From a bacterium (GTDB lineage Bacteria > UBA8248): 64,000 bases of DNA. Location of the stretch: positions 256,001 through 320,000 of the forward strand of contig CBDBZY010000031.1 in NCBI GenBank assembly GCA_965213685.1, read 5' to 3'. How positions within the stretch are numbered: position 1 is the first letter of the stretch; each line of letters opens with the position of its first letter. Shown piece by piece: positions 1 to 10,304 of this stretch. Below the pieces are notes generated by a model. It did no database searches, was not told the origin of the DNA, and was given only the letters and a program-made list of their open reading frames with translations. Both the position numbers and the translations under genes were made by a program.

Positions 1-39
1 CCCACACCCTCCTCGTCACTCCAGATGAAAGAACGCGAC

Positions 40-741
40 TCAAACGGCCAGATAGCGCGATTTCAGCGTCTCCTCCGCTTCGAGCCGCGCCACCGTGCCC
101 TCGAAGCGGACCCTGCCGTCGTCGATGATGTAGACGCGATCGGAGAGCCGACAGGCGAAGCGGGCGTTCTGCTCCACCAGCAAAACGGCGATCCCCTCGT
201 CCTGGAGCGTCCGGATCATCCCGCCCACGTCCCGCACGATGGCCGGGGCCAGACCCTCGGAGGGCTCGTCCAGCAAAACGAGCCTGGGCGCCCCCATCAG
301 AGCGCGGGCGATGGCCAGCATCTGCTGCTCGCCGCCGCTCAGCTCGTCTCCCCGGTGGGACTTCAGCTGCGCGAGCTGGGGGAAGAGGCCATACACCCGC
401 TCGAGCGTCCAGCCGCTGGGCCGCGCCAGATGGAACGCTCCCATCTCCAGATTCTCCTCCACCCGCAGGCGCGAGAAGATTCTCCTGTCCTCGGGCACGA
501 AGCCCACGCCCCGCCTCGCAATCTCATGGGGCTTGCGGCCCTGCACCTCCTCCCCGAGCCAGGAGACGCTGCCCGTCCGGGGGGGCGTCAGTCCCATGAT
601 GGAGCGGAGCGTGGTCGTCTTCCCGGCGCCGTTTCTGCCGAGGAGGCTCACCACCTCGCCCTCGGCGACCGACAAATCCACGTCGAACAGGATGTGGCTG
701 TGCCCGTAGAACGTGTTCACCTTCTCGAGAGCGAGAATCAC
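40..741 (-). CDS. livF: Branched-chain amino acid-type ABC transporter ATPase (LivF-like)
   Basis: Walker A GRNGAGKTT, signature LSGGEQQML, Walker B LLDEPSEGLAP; last gene of a Liv-type operon. Confidence 0.9.
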   Translation of the reverse strand: MILALEKVNTFYGHSHILFDVDLSVAEGEVVSLLGRNGAGKTTTLRSIMGLTPPRTGSVSWLGEEVQGRKPHEIARRGVGFVPEDRRIFSRLRVEENLEMGAFHLARPSGWTLERVYGLFPQLAQLKSHRGDELSGGEQQMLAIARALMGAPRLVLLDEPSEGLAPAIVRDVGGMIRTLQDEGIAVLLVEQNARFACRLSDRVYIIDDGRVRFEGTVARLEAEETLKSRYLAV

Positions 742-1490
742 GCCTCCCCTCCCAGATAGGCGAGGCGCACGCCCTCGTCGCCCCGAATCGCGTCCGGCGT
801 CCCCTCGGCGATGACGCTCCCCTGGTGCAGGACGGATATCCGCTCGGCGATCGAGAACACCACGCCCATGTCGTGCTCGGTGAAGACGACCGTCTTGTCG
901 CGGGAGATCTTCTTGACGAGCGCGATGGTGCTCGACGTCTCCTCGATCGACATGCCGGCCGTCGGCTCGTCCAGCAGGATCAGCCGCGGCTCCAGCGCCA
1001 GCGTGATGCCGAGCTCCAGGTTTCTTCTCTCCCCGTGGCCCAGCGCCGTCGTCGGGCGGTTCGCCTTGTGCCGCAGCTCCACCTCGTCCAGAATCTCCAG
1101 CGCCTCCTCCTGCTCCGCCCTGTGCCTGCCGACCGGGGAGAGCATGTCCATCGTTTTGCCCCGCCTCGCCAAAACGGCGATGCGAACGTTGTCCAGAACC
1201 GAGAGCCTCGGGAACACGTTCGTAATCTGAAAGGAGCGGCCCACGCCCTTTTGCACGACGGCGTGCGGAGGAAAGCCGGTGATGTCCTCTCCCCCGAAAT
1301 ACACCCTGCCGGCCGTCGGCGCCATCCTTCCCGAAACGAGGTTGAAAAACGTGGTTTTCCCCGCCCCGTTGGGCCCGATGACGGCGCGCAACTCCCCCTC
1401 CGGCACCCGAAAATTCACCCCGCTGACGGCCTGAAGCGAACCGAACGCCTTGCTGAGGTTCCGGGTCTCAAGGATGGGCGCCGTCGCCAT
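738..1490 (-). CDS. livG: Branched-chain amino acid-type ABC transporter ATPase (LivG-like)
   Basis: GPNGAGKTT, RSFQITNVF, LLDEPTAG, C-terminal AYLG; 4-bp overlap with livF. Confidence 0.9.
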   Translation of the reverse strand: MATAPILETRNLSKAFGSLQAVSGVNFRVPEGELRAVIGPNGAGKTTFFNLVSGRMAPTAGRVYFGGEDITGFPPHAVVQKGVGRSFQITNVFPRLSVLDNVRIAVLARRGKTMDMLSPVGRHRAEQEEALEILDEVELRHKANRPTTALGHGERRNLELGITLALEPRLILLDEPTAGMSIEETSSTIALVKKISRDKTVVFTEHDMGVVFSIAERISVLHQGSVIAEGTPDAIRGDEGVRLAYLGGEA

Positions 1491-2481
1491 GATCTCCCTC
1501 TGCGGATGGTTCGCGCACCCACCCTTCCCAGAACCCCAGGATGCCGTCGGGCAGGAACAGCACCAGGAACACCAGGATGCCGCCGACGACGATTCTCCAG
1601 TATTCCATGAAATTCAGCACCGTGTCCCGGATGAACAGGAGCAGGCCCGCGCCGAAGGCGGGCCCCAGAAAAGAATACATGCCCCCCAGGATCGTCATCA
1701 AGACGATCTCGCCCGACTGGGTCCAGTAGAGCAAATCCGGGGAGATGTAGCCCTGAAAAGTCGCGTACAGCCCTCCCGCGAAACCGCCGAGCGCGCCCGC
1801 GAGGATGAACGCCGCGAGTTTGTATCTGTGCACGGGCAGGCCGATGAACTCCACGCGCTCGGGATTTTCCCGAATGGCCTGCAACACCCTCCCGAAAGGG
1901 GAGTTGGCGATTCTCCACGCGATGAAGAGGAGGGCCGCCACAACGCACAGGACAAAGTAATAAAAACCCGTGAACGACTCCAGGGAGACCTCGAACACTC
2001 CCGGAATCCCGATGTCCGGCCTGGGGATTCCGAGCATCCCGTCATCCCCGCCGGTGACGTCGCGCCAGTAGTAGGCGACCGTGTAGACCACCTGGGAGAA
2101 CGCCAGCGTCAACATGGCGAAGTACAACCCCGCCAGGCGCACGCAAAAAACGCCGACGCACCATGCGAGAAGCGCGCAGGAGACGCCCGCCGCCGCCAGT
2201 CCCGCCCACATCGAGGGATAGACGTTCTTCGTCAGCAGGGCGAAGGCGTAGGCGCCCACGCCCAGGTAGGCCGCATGGCCCAGAGAGACGAGGCCGGTGA
2301 ACCCGAGCAGGAAATTCAGGCTGACGGCGAGGAGGCCCGCTATCAGGATTTCCGTGCACAGCTGAACGTAATAATCGCCCCGCACCAGGAAAGGCGCCGA
2401 GACGCACAGCGCGATCAGCACCGCAACCGCGAGGCGATTCCGCAGGGAGGGCGCGAGGCGGCTCCGGAGGGTTTTTCTCAC
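1468..2481 (-). CDS. livM: Branched-chain amino acid-type ABC permease (LivM-like)
   Basis: GFTGLVSLGHAAYLGVGAY, YFAMLTLAF, TGGDDG, SPFGRVLQAIREN motifs. Confidence 0.9.
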   Translation of the reverse strand: MRKTLRSRLAPSLRNRLAVAVLIALCVSAPFLVRGDYYVQLCTEILIAGLLAVSLNFLLGFTGLVSLGHAAYLGVGAYAFALLTKNVYPSMWAGLAAAGVSCALLAWCVGVFCVRLAGLYFAMLTLAFSQVVYTVAYYWRDVTGGDDGMLGIPRPDIGIPGVFEVSLESFTGFYYFVLCVVAALLFIAWRIANSPFGRVLQAIRENPERVEFIGLPVHRYKLAAFILAGALGGFAGGLYATFQGYISPDLLYWTQSGEIVLMTILGGMYSFLGPAFGAGLLLFIRDTVLNFMEYWRIVVGGILVFLVLFLPDGILGFWEGWVREPSAEGDHGDGAHP

Positions 2482-2521
2482 CGGCCCGCCTTCCGCCAGG
2501 AATCTCCCGGGCGCCGCGCTC

Positions 2522-3403
2522 TCATATCGTCGTCTCGCCGAACAGGCCGCGCGGCCTCAGGATGAGAATCGGCAACACGAGGGCATAGAGGAAGATCATG
2601 GCGAAGTTCTGGAGAAGCTCGATTCCGAACGCCTTGAGCATCCCGATGAGCACGGCGCCCACGAACGCGCCGAGGTAGCTGCCCATCCCGCCGACGATGA
2701 CGACGATGAACGACTCGATGATGATCTCCACCCCCATGCCGGGCTCGACGCTCCGCATCGGCGCGGCGAGGATTCCGCCGAGGCTCGCCAGCCAGGCGCC
2801 CAGGGCGAACACGCCGGTGAAGACCCGATTCACGTTGACGCCCAGAGCGTCGAGCATCTCGCTGTCGGTGGCGGCGGCGCGGATGAGCTTCCCGAAGTTC
2901 GTCCGGTGGAGGACGCACCACAGGAGAGCGCCGAGCAGCGGCCCCACCGCGATGATGAAGAGAAAATAGACGGGATAGCTGAAATCGCCGATGGCGATTC
3001 TCCCCTCGAACAGCGCCGGGATGGGAACGGACTTGTAGTCGCGGCCCCAGATCAGCAGGACCAAATCGTCCAGGATGAGAGTGAAGCCATAGGTGAGGAG
3101 CAGGGTGTAGAGTCTCTCCCGCCCGTAGAGGGGGCGCAGGAAAACCGCCTCGATGATGGTGCCGAACCCCGCCACCACGAGCGGGGCGAGAAGCAGTCCC
3201 ACCCAGAACCAGCCCGGATGCCGGATGGCCGAACTCGAGAAAATGAGAAAGGCGCCCAGCATGTAGAACGAGCCGTGGGCCAGGTTCAGGACGCCCAGCA
3301 CGCCGAGGAGAATGGTCAGGCCCGAGGCGATCAGGAAGAGAACCATCGCGTTGGCCAACCCGTTGAGAAACTGGGTCAGCCAGAAACCGACGTCCGCCTC
3401 CAT
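2522..3403 (-). CDS. livH: Branched-chain amino acid-type ABC permease (LivH-like)
   Basis: ASGLTILLGVLGVLNLAHG, VIVGGMGS, RPRGLFG motifs. Confidence 0.9.
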   Translation of the reverse strand: MEADVGFWLTQFLNGLANAMVLFLIASGLTILLGVLGVLNLAHGSFYMLGAFLIFSSSAIRHPGWFWVGLLLAPLVVAGFGTIIEAVFLRPLYGRERLYTLLLTYGFTLILDDLVLLIWGRDYKSVPIPALFEGRIAIGDFSYPVYFLFIIAVGPLLGALLWCVLHRTNFGKLIRAAATDSEMLDALGVNVNRVFTGVFALGAWLASLGGILAAPMRSVEPGMGVEIIIESFIVVIVGGMGSYLGAFVGAVLIGMLKAFGIELLQNFAMIFLYALVLPILILRPRGLFGETTI

Positions 3404-3484
3404 GCGCCCGGGCCTCCAGGAGAGGGGGAAGCGGCGCGCCGCGCGGATGCCGTCGCCGAGCGTCCCCCGCTTCGAGCGGGATGG

Positions 3485-4705
3485 TTACCTCCGGCAGCCC
3501 TGGCCCGTGTCCTCGTCCGGGTGAGAGCCCTCGACGGGCGATATCACCTGGATGTTGGAGAGAATCGGAAACGGGTATTTCGCGCTCCTGGAAATGACGC
3601 CCCAGAAGCTGGACTGCCAGCCCTGGTGATCCGACGGGCGCATGATGATCCACCCCTCCGGGGCGTTGAAGGCGACGCCGCCCATCGCGTCAATCGCCTT
3701 CTCCTTGTCCACGGCACCAGCGCGGCGGATGGATTCCGCAATCACGTGGACGGTGGCGTACGCCTCGCCGGCCGTCATGTCCGGGTACACGTCGTACGCC
3801 TTGCGGAAGTTGTCCACGAATCGCTCGTTGTTCGCCGAGGCCGGATAGTTGTGCAGGTAGCGGGAGCTGGCCCAGTGGCCGAAGGGCGCCTGGTCGCCGA
3901 GGGCCTTGAGCACGACGTGGTTGCCGCCGAAGTCGGTGAATATCTTCACCTTCTCGTACATCCCGAAGGAGCGGGCCTGCTTCATGAACTTGATCAGGTC
4001 GGCGCCGAAGAGGCCGACGTAAATCGCGTCCGGCTTCGCCTGCAGCATCTTGTTGATGTAGGGGGAGTAGTCGTTCTCCCCCAGCTTGGGCCAGGCCGCG
4101 TAGGGGCGCTTCGTTTTCGGGTTGCGCTCCTGGAGATAGTTCCAGAACTGCCGCACGACGGAGCGTCCGTAGGAGAAATCAGACGATATCGTCGCCCACC
4201 TCTCGTAGCCCAGCCGGTGGGCGATGACGGCGCCCGCGCGGGAGGTTTGCTGCGCGCTGCTCCCCACCCGCCAGGTGTAGCGGCTGCAGAACTTCGTGTT
4301 GATCTCCTCGGTCGCCGCCCAGGGGAAATTCATCGTCCTGAGCTTCTTCGATTCCTGCAGAACGGCGATGGCCGCCCCACCGTGGAGGGGCCCGAGAAGG
4401 GCGAACACCTTGTCGCGCAGAATCAGGCGCCTCGCGGTGCGCACCGAACTCGCCGGGTTGGTCTCGGAGTCGCGGATGAGCGCCTCGAGTTTGTGACCCA
4501 AAACGCCGCCGGCGCCGTTGATCTCCCGCACGGCCAGATTGATGCCCTGGCTCGTTCTTTTCCCCACGATCGAATACAGGCCGGTCAGCGGAGAGAGGAC
4601 GCCGATCCGGATGGTCTTCGCCGCAAACGAGGAAGGCGCGCCGAACGGGCCGATTGCCAGGAGCGCCGCGGCGGCGATGAACGCTTGTTTTCGGAAAGCA
4701 CGCAT
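3485..4705 (-). CDS. Liv-family periplasmic substrate-binding protein
   Basis: Signal peptide, IRIGVLSPLTG, EINGAGGVLG; first gene of the operon. Confidence 0.88.
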   Translation of the reverse strand: MRAFRKQAFIAAAALLAIGPFGAPSSFAAKTIRIGVLSPLTGLYSIVGKRTSQGINLAVREINGAGGVLGHKLEALIRDSETNPASSVRTARRLILRDKVFALLGPLHGGAAIAVLQESKKLRTMNFPWAATEEINTKFCSRYTWRVGSSAQQTSRAGAVIAHRLGYERWATISSDFSYGRSVVRQFWNYLQERNPKTKRPYAAWPKLGENDYSPYINKMLQAKPDAIYVGLFGADLIKFMKQARSFGMYEKVKIFTDFGGNHVVLKALGDQAPFGHWASSRYLHNYPASANNERFVDNFRKAYDVYPDMTAGEAYATVHVIAESIRRAGAVDKEKAIDAMGGVAFNAPEGWIIMRPSDHQGWQSSFWGVISRSAKYPFPILSNIQVISPVEGSHPDEDTGQGCRR

Positions 4706-4826
4706 GGGGAGGCCCTCTCTGAGAATGGAGGCGCGCGAACCGCCGGGGTCGGAACGGGACGCGGCCGCCTCCGGGAAGCGGAATCGTCAACAGAACAACA
4801 GAAATTCGGCTACGCCGTGAACCGTC

Positions 4827-4855
4827 AGGTTAGGGGAGCCTGCGTCCACGGTCAA
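4827..4855 (-). promoter_or_regulatory. Sigma70-like promoter for the Liv operon
   Basis: TTGACC-17 bp-TAACCT on the minus strand upstream of the binding-protein gene. Confidence 0.5.
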
Positions 4856-4925
4856 GCCGCGCGCTTTCCCCCGTCCTGTCGCGTGCCGCCCCCGGACAAT
4901 ACGTCCCGTTCGGCGCATCCCGCGC

Positions 4926-6428
4926 TCACGAGGCGGCGGAGGCTTCCCGGGGCGGTCTTTTTCTCGTCCGCCATTCGAGCAGGAACGGCCAGGCGAAAGA
5001 GACCACGGAGAGGCAGAGAAAGAACACGCACCACGGGGAGGTGAAGAAAATCGAGACGTCGCCCTTCGACGCGGCGAGGGCGACGCGCAGGTGCTCCTCG
5101 AGCTGCCGTCCCAGCACGAGAGCGAGCAGGAGCGGAACGACGGGCATGTCCAGCCACTTGAACGAGAGCGCCACGAGGCCGAAGAAGAACATGACGTAGA
5201 CGTCGAAGAAGGAGTTGCGCAGCGCGTACGTCCCCAGGACGCACAGGGCGACGATGATCGGAAGCAGGAGCGACCGGGGGATGGACAGCAGCTTCACGAT
5301 GACACGCAGCCCCAGGAACGCGACCGCCGCCGTGCTGCAGATTGCGATGAAATACGAAAAGAGCACGGAAAACGCGAAGGGGCCCTGCTCCACGAAGAGC
5401 AGCGGCCCCGGCGCCATGCCGTGAACCAGCAAAGCGCCGATGAGGATGGCGGTTATCGGGTCGCCCGGAATCCCCAGCGTCATCATGGGGATGAGCGCCC
5501 CGCCGGCGATGGAGCTGTTCGCCGATTCGGGAGCGGCCACCCCCTCCACGCAGCCCTTGCCGAATTTCTCCGGCTCGCGGCTGATTTTCTGGGCGTAGTC
5601 GTAGCTGACGAACACCGCGATCGGCCCCCCCGCTCCGGGCAGGATGCCCACGAAAGTGCCCACGAGAGAGCCGATGGCCACCGGAAGGCGGATGCGCTTG
5701 ATGTCCTCCCACATCGGGAACACGCGGCCGAACCGCGAGGCGACCGAGCGGATGTTCCCCTCCGCGAGGTTCGCCACTATCTCCGGGATGGCGAACAGGC
5801 CCACGAGGGCGGGAATGAAGTGGATGCCCGCCAGCATGTTCGCGTCGCCGAAGGTGAAGCGCGCCGTCCCCACGAGGGGGTCCATCCCCACCGTGACGAT
5901 CAGGAGGCCCAGGAAGGTGGAGAGCAGCCCCTTGACGAGCGATTTCGCCGCGAAGGCGGATATGACGGACATGCCGAAGAACACCAGCCCGAACAGGTCG
6001 GCCGCCCGGAACTGAAGCGCCACCTTCGTGAGTTGTGGCGCGATGAGTATGAGGCAGAAGAAGCTGACGAGCCCGCCGGTGAAGCCCGAGACGATGGATA
6101 TGCCGAGTGCGCGACCCGCCTCCCCCTTCTGGGTCAGGGGGTATCCGTCCATCGTGGTGGCCGAGGCCGACGGGGAGCCCGGGATGTTGATGAGGATGGC
6201 GGCGAAGCTGCCCCCCGTCATTCCGCCCGCGAAGACGCCGAGCAGAAGCGCCACGGCCGTGGTCGGCTCCAGGATGAACGTGATCGGGAAGAGGATGATG
6301 ATGCCCGCACTCGTCGTCAGGCCCGGCATCATCCCGCATACGAGGCCGTGCAGGGCGCCGAGTGCGGTGGCCAGGATGCTCGTCGGCGCGAGGGCGAGGT
6401 AGAACCCCTGCAGCATGTCACCGCTCAT
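4926..6428 (-). CDS. tctA: Tripartite tricarboxylate transporter large membrane subunit TctA
   Basis: ILINIPGSPSASATTMDGYPL, GVAAPESANS, LGIPGD motifs; 500 aa, hydrophobic. Confidence 0.92.
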   Translation of the reverse strand: MSGDMLQGFYLALAPTSILATALGALHGLVCGMMPGLTTSAGIIILFPITFILEPTTAVALLLGVFAGGMTGGSFAAILINIPGSPSASATTMDGYPLTQKGEAGRALGISIVSGFTGGLVSFFCLILIAPQLTKVALQFRAADLFGLVFFGMSVISAFAAKSLVKGLLSTFLGLLIVTVGMDPLVGTARFTFGDANMLAGIHFIPALVGLFAIPEIVANLAEGNIRSVASRFGRVFPMWEDIKRIRLPVAIGSLVGTFVGILPGAGGPIAVFVSYDYAQKISREPEKFGKGCVEGVAAPESANSSIAGGALIPMMTLGIPGDPITAILIGALLVHGMAPGPLLFVEQGPFAFSVLFSYFIAICSTAAVAFLGLRVIVKLLSIPRSLLLPIIVALCVLGTYALRNSFFDVYVMFFFGLVALSFKWLDMPVVPLLLALVLGRQLEEHLRVALAASKGDVSIFFTSPWCVFFLCLSVVSFAWPFLLEWRTRKRPPREASAAS

Positions 6429-6434
6429 CTGGCG

Positions 6435-6917
6435 TCATCCTCCGAAACTTCCCCTCGGCAGGGGAAGCTGGAACAGGTCGCGGAACAGGAAGAACAGGAA
6501 CAGGGGAACGGCTATCGAGAGGCCCAGCAGAACGCGCGGGCGCCGCTCGCCCGTTATCCGCATGAGGCCGGCGAAGAAGACGGGAGTGGACCAAAAAAAG
6601 CCGAACAGGGGGAGCATGTAAAAATAGAGGCCCACGAGGGCCAGGCCCGCCGCCGCGCGCCCCAGGCTGTAATCCTGGCTCGAGGGAGGCCTCCGGGGGA
6701 GCAGGTCCGTGAGGCCGGAGGAGCCTTTCAGTCCCCGCAGCCCCTGGAGCAGGAGCATTCCGGAGAGGACGAGTATCGAGATGGCGATCAGGTAGGGGAA
6801 GAAGTGGGGCCCCGGCGCGTCCGTCGTGGTGCGCTTGGGAAGCAGGGTGGCGAGGCCGCCGTACCAGAGCGCAAAACCGAGGATCACTGCCGCGCCGATG
6901 ATATTCCGTAGGCCCAT
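6435..6917 (-). CDS. tctB: Tripartite tricarboxylate transporter small subunit TctB
   Basis: GPHFFP motif, several TM segments, C-terminal LPLPRG; lies between tctC and tctA; start chosen at MGLRNII. Confidence 0.85.
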   Translation of the reverse strand: MGLRNIIGAAVILGFALWYGGLATLLPKRTTTDAPGPHFFPYLIAISILVLSGMLLLQGLRGLKGSSGLTDLLPRRPPSSQDYSLGRAAAGLALVGLYFYMLPLFGFFWSTPVFFAGLMRITGERRPRVLLGLSIAVPLFLFFLFRDLFQLPLPRGSFGG

Positions 6918-7016
6918 GGTGAATCGCCTGCCCCAGGGAGAGAACACGACCGCCGGAAAGCGGGGGCCGCCGCCCCCTCGCCGCGCGGAGAGAGGCGGCC
7001 CCTGCGATGCGCGGAG

Positions 7017-7991
7017 CTATTTCTTTTTCTTGGACCTGTAGATTCCCGTAGCCTTCATGATGTCGGCGACGATCTTGTCGCGCTTGGCGAGCATTTTGCC
7101 GAACTCCTCGGGGCCGCTCGGATCCACCGTGAAGCCCTTCGTTTTGGCCAGTTTCAGGAAGGACTTCGAGCGGGCCGCCTTCATCATGGCGTCCACGAGC
7201 TTCGCCTTCACCGAGGCGGGCGTCCCCTTCGGCACGCTGAGGCCGCGGAAATGATCGAAGGAGATGTCGTGCCCGAGCTCCTTCATGGTGGGCACGCTGG
7301 AGATGGCCGCGTTCCGCTTCCCCGTCAGGTGGGTGATGATGCGGAACTTGTTCGCTTTCGCCAGACGGATCGCCCCCGTGAGGGGCGCCCCCATGGCGTC
7401 GACCTCGCCGCTCAGGAGCGCCGCGTTGCGGCGCTTGACGCCCAGGGGAACGAGGATGGCCTTGCATCCCGACATGCTCGTGAAAACGACGGCCGTCAGG
7501 TGGGTGGTGCTGCCGGTGCCCGCGTGGCCGATTTTGAGCGTGTTCGGCTTTTTCTTGCAATCGGCCACGAAGCCCGCCGCCGTCTTCCACTTCGACTTGG
7601 CGTTCACCGCCACGACCAGGGGCTGGAAATGCACCCGCCCGATGTGCTCGAGTGCGGTGTAGTCCCACGGCACGTTCCCGATGTTCGTGGAGGTGAGGAT
7701 GGAGGTGGAGTTCCAGGCCACCGTATAGCCGTCGGGCTTGGAATTCTTCAGGAAGGTGTAGGTGACGGCCCCGCCCGCCCCCGGCTTGTTGATGGCCACC
7801 ACGGGAACGCCGAGGGCTTTGGCCATCTCCTTGGCCAGGAGGCGTCCCTCGATGTCCGCGCCGCCGCCCGCGCCGAAGGGAATGATGAACTGAATCGGCT
7901 TCTCGGGCCAGGCCGCCGAAGCGGGCTGCAGCGAGAACGAGGCGGAGAAAACGGCCGCCAGCAGAAACCACAAGACGCGATGCTTTTTCAT
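7017..7991 (-). CDS. tctC: Tripartite tricarboxylate transporter binding protein (TctC/Bug family)
   Basis: Signal peptide, WPEKPIQFIIPFGAGGGAD, NKPGAGG, PDGYT; GAGGAGG RBS before MKKHRV. Confidence 0.9.
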   Translation of the reverse strand: MKKHRVLWFLLAAVFSASFSLQPASAAWPEKPIQFIIPFGAGGGADIEGRLLAKEMAKALGVPVVAINKPGAGGAVTYTFLKNSKPDGYTVAWNSTSILTSTNIGNVPWDYTALEHIGRVHFQPLVVAVNAKSKWKTAAGFVADCKKKPNTLKIGHAGTGSTTHLTAVVFTSMSGCKAILVPLGVKRRNAALLSGEVDAMGAPLTGAIRLAKANKFRIITHLTGKRNAAISSVPTMKELGHDISFDHFRGLSVPKGTPASVKAKLVDAMMKAARSKSFLKLAKTKGFTVDPSGPEEFGKMLAKRDKIVADIMKATGIYRSKKKK

Positions 7992-8313
7992 GGACTTGCC
8001 TCCTCGGTTGGGAAAACGCACTCTGCGGCCCATACGAGCCTCAGAAATGACGAAACGGATCTCTGCCTTTAAAGCCCCCTTTATGGCACACTCCGGGGGA
8101 AAAATCCATCGCCATCTCTCCCGCACCGCCCCGGACGGCCGGGCGGCGCGAAGGGTCTCTGCGGCGGGGCGGTGATGCCTGCGCGCGCCATCGGCGCCCG
8201 CCGGAGGGGGAGCCCGGGCGGCGGCCTCTCTCCTCTCCCATCTGCCCGCGCATCTCCCATCTTCCCGCACGCGAGGCGCGCGGCCCGTCCATGTGCCCAT
8301 GTGTTTAATAAAA

Positions 8314-9378
8314 CTAGTAGAGTTCCGTCGCGCTTTCGCCCGCGGCCTCCTGCTTGGGCCGCCAGCGGAGGAGGTAGCGCTCCAGCCGGTTCACGGCGGC
8401 GTTGGCGATGAGGACGATGAACATGAGCAGGATGAGCCCCGCGAACGAGCCGGCGATGTTGAACAGGTTGCTCGCGTGTTGAATCATGAAGCCCAGCCCC
8501 TGGCTCGCCGCCATGAACTCGCCGAGGATGGCGCCGATGATGGCGAACGGAACGCCTATCTTGAGCCCCGTCAGTATCCACGGCATCGCGGCGGGCAGCG
8601 TGACCTTCCAGAGAACCTGCATCTCGTTGGCACCCATGACCTGGGCGAGGTTCTTGAGCGCCGGGTCCACCCCCCGGAGGCCCGCGTAGGTGTTCATGAA
8701 GGTCAGGAAGAGCACCAGGCTGACGGCGAGGACGATCTTCGACTCCACCCCGATGCCGAACCAGATGATCAGGATGGGCGCCATCGCCACGCGCGGGATG
8801 CCGTTCACGGCGACGATGAAGGGGTCGAGTATCTCGGCGAGCGTCTCGAGCCGCGCCAGCACGAACCCCAGCGCGATTCCGAGAACCGCGCCGATGGCGT
8901 AGCCGAGGAACGCCTCGTACATCGTCGTCCAGGTGTCGATGAAAATGCTGCCCGAGAGGGTGATCTCCACCATGTAGTCCAGGACGCGCAGCGGCGAGCC
9001 GAACCAGAAGGGGTCCACGCAAATCCATTTTTTGGGGCCGACCTCCCAGGCGCTCAGCTCCCACATGGCCAGAAAGCCGCCCGCGAAGAAGGCCCGGTAG
9101 GTGAACATCCGCAGCCGCGGGCTCTTGATGAAGCGGCCCGCGCGCGTCAGGGAGACGTCCACGAGCGCGATGGCGTGGAAGAACATGCCCGTAACCGAGC
9201 ACAGCATGTATCCGCCCGCCGTGAGCGTCAGCAGGAGGAACCCCTTGAGGTAGCTGCCCCGCCAGAGCTGGGGAACGCCCGGCAGGGGGATGGTCAGGAG
9301 AAAATCGCCCCACTTGGGCAGGGCGCGCCGGGCGGGAGCCCCGCCTGTGTCCGGATGCTTCCCCGTGGTGTCTGCCAT
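8314..9378 (-). CDS. NitT/TauT-family ABC permease with N-terminal extension
   Basis: NGIPRVAMAPILIIWFGIG, EAA-like loop, GAILGEF...GLG. Confidence 0.85.
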   Translation of the reverse strand: MADTTGKHPDTGGAPARRALPKWGDFLLTIPLPGVPQLWRGSYLKGFLLLTLTAGGYMLCSVTGMFFHAIALVDVSLTRAGRFIKSPRLRMFTYRAFFAGGFLAMWELSAWEVGPKKWICVDPFWFGSPLRVLDYMVEITLSGSIFIDTWTTMYEAFLGYAIGAVLGIALGFVLARLETLAEILDPFIVAVNGIPRVAMAPILIIWFGIGVESKIVLAVSLVLFLTFMNTYAGLRGVDPALKNLAQVMGANEMQVLWKVTLPAAMPWILTGLKIGVPFAIIGAILGEFMAASQGLGFMIQHASNLFNIAGSFAGLILLMFIVLIANAAVNRLERYLLRWRPKQEAAGESATELY

Positions 9379-9412
9379 GCCAACAATCCCCCTTCCGCCC
9401 GCGCGGGCTAGG

Positions 9413-10216
9413 CTAGGTGGCGGCCCCGTCCTTCATCCACTCCTCGCTGCGCCGCACCTCCTCGCGCAGCTCCTTCCACAGCTTATCGTAGGTCCGCCGG
9501 AAGGCCTCCTTGCCGTGGATGCTGAACACGTCGCGCGGGCGCGGGATGTCCACCCGGGTGACGCTCCGGACGGTGCCGGGCCGACTCGTCATGACGACGA
9601 CCCGGTCGGCCAGGGCGATCGCCTCGACGAGATCGTGGGTGATGAAAATGACCGTCTTGCGCGCCTCCCGCCAGAGCTGCAGGAGCTGATCCTGCAGGAT
9701 GATCCGCGTCTGGGCGTCGAGCGGCCCGAAGGGCTCGTCCATCAGGATGACCTCGGGGTCGTAGATGAGGGTCCGGATGATGTTGGCCCGCTGGCGCATT
9801 CCGCCGGACAGCTCGTGGGGGTAGTGATCCTCGAAGCCGGCCAGCCCGACGCGCTGGATGTAGTCGCGCGCCCTGGCGTGGCGAACCTTCTGCTCGACGC
9901 CGCGCACCTCGAGGGGGAAGGCGACGTTGTTCAGCAAGGTGCGCCAGGCGTAGAGATAGTCCGACTGCGGCACGTAGCCGATCTCGTCGTTGATCCCCCG
10001 AAGGTTCCGGCCCTGGTAGGCGATGGTTCCCGAGGTGGGGTGGACGAGCCCGATGATGGAGTTCAGGAGCGTGGACTTCCCGCAGCCGCTCGGCCCCACG
10101 ATGGTGACGAACTCGCCCTCCTCGATGTCGAGGCTCATGTCCTCGACGGCGAGAACGCGGTTGCCCCGGGAGAAGAACTCCTTGCGAAGATGCTGAATCG
10201 AGAGGATGGGAGGCAC
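9413..10216 (-). CDS. NitT/TauT-family ABC ATPase
   Basis: [41 protein letters not shown]. Confidence 0.9.
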   Translation of the reverse strand: MPPILSIQHLRKEFFSRGNRVLAVEDMSLDIEEGEFVTIVGPSGCGKSTLLNSIIGLVHPTSGTIAYQGRNLRGINDEIGYVPQSDYLYAWRTLLNNVAFPLEVRGVEQKVRHARARDYIQRVGLAGFEDHYPHELSGGMRQRANIIRTLIYDPEVILMDEPFGPLDAQTRIILQDQLLQLWREARKTVIFITHDLVEAIALADRVVVMTSRPGTVRSVTRVDIPRPRDVFSIHGKEAFRRTYDKLWKELREEVRRSEEWMKDGAAT

Positions 10217-10304
10217 GGGACGTCAGTCTCCATCGCCGGGGACGCGGGCTCTCGGCGCGGCCCCGCCCCCGGCGGATTTTCCCAGGTGAAAAGGCACCGT
10301 CCCC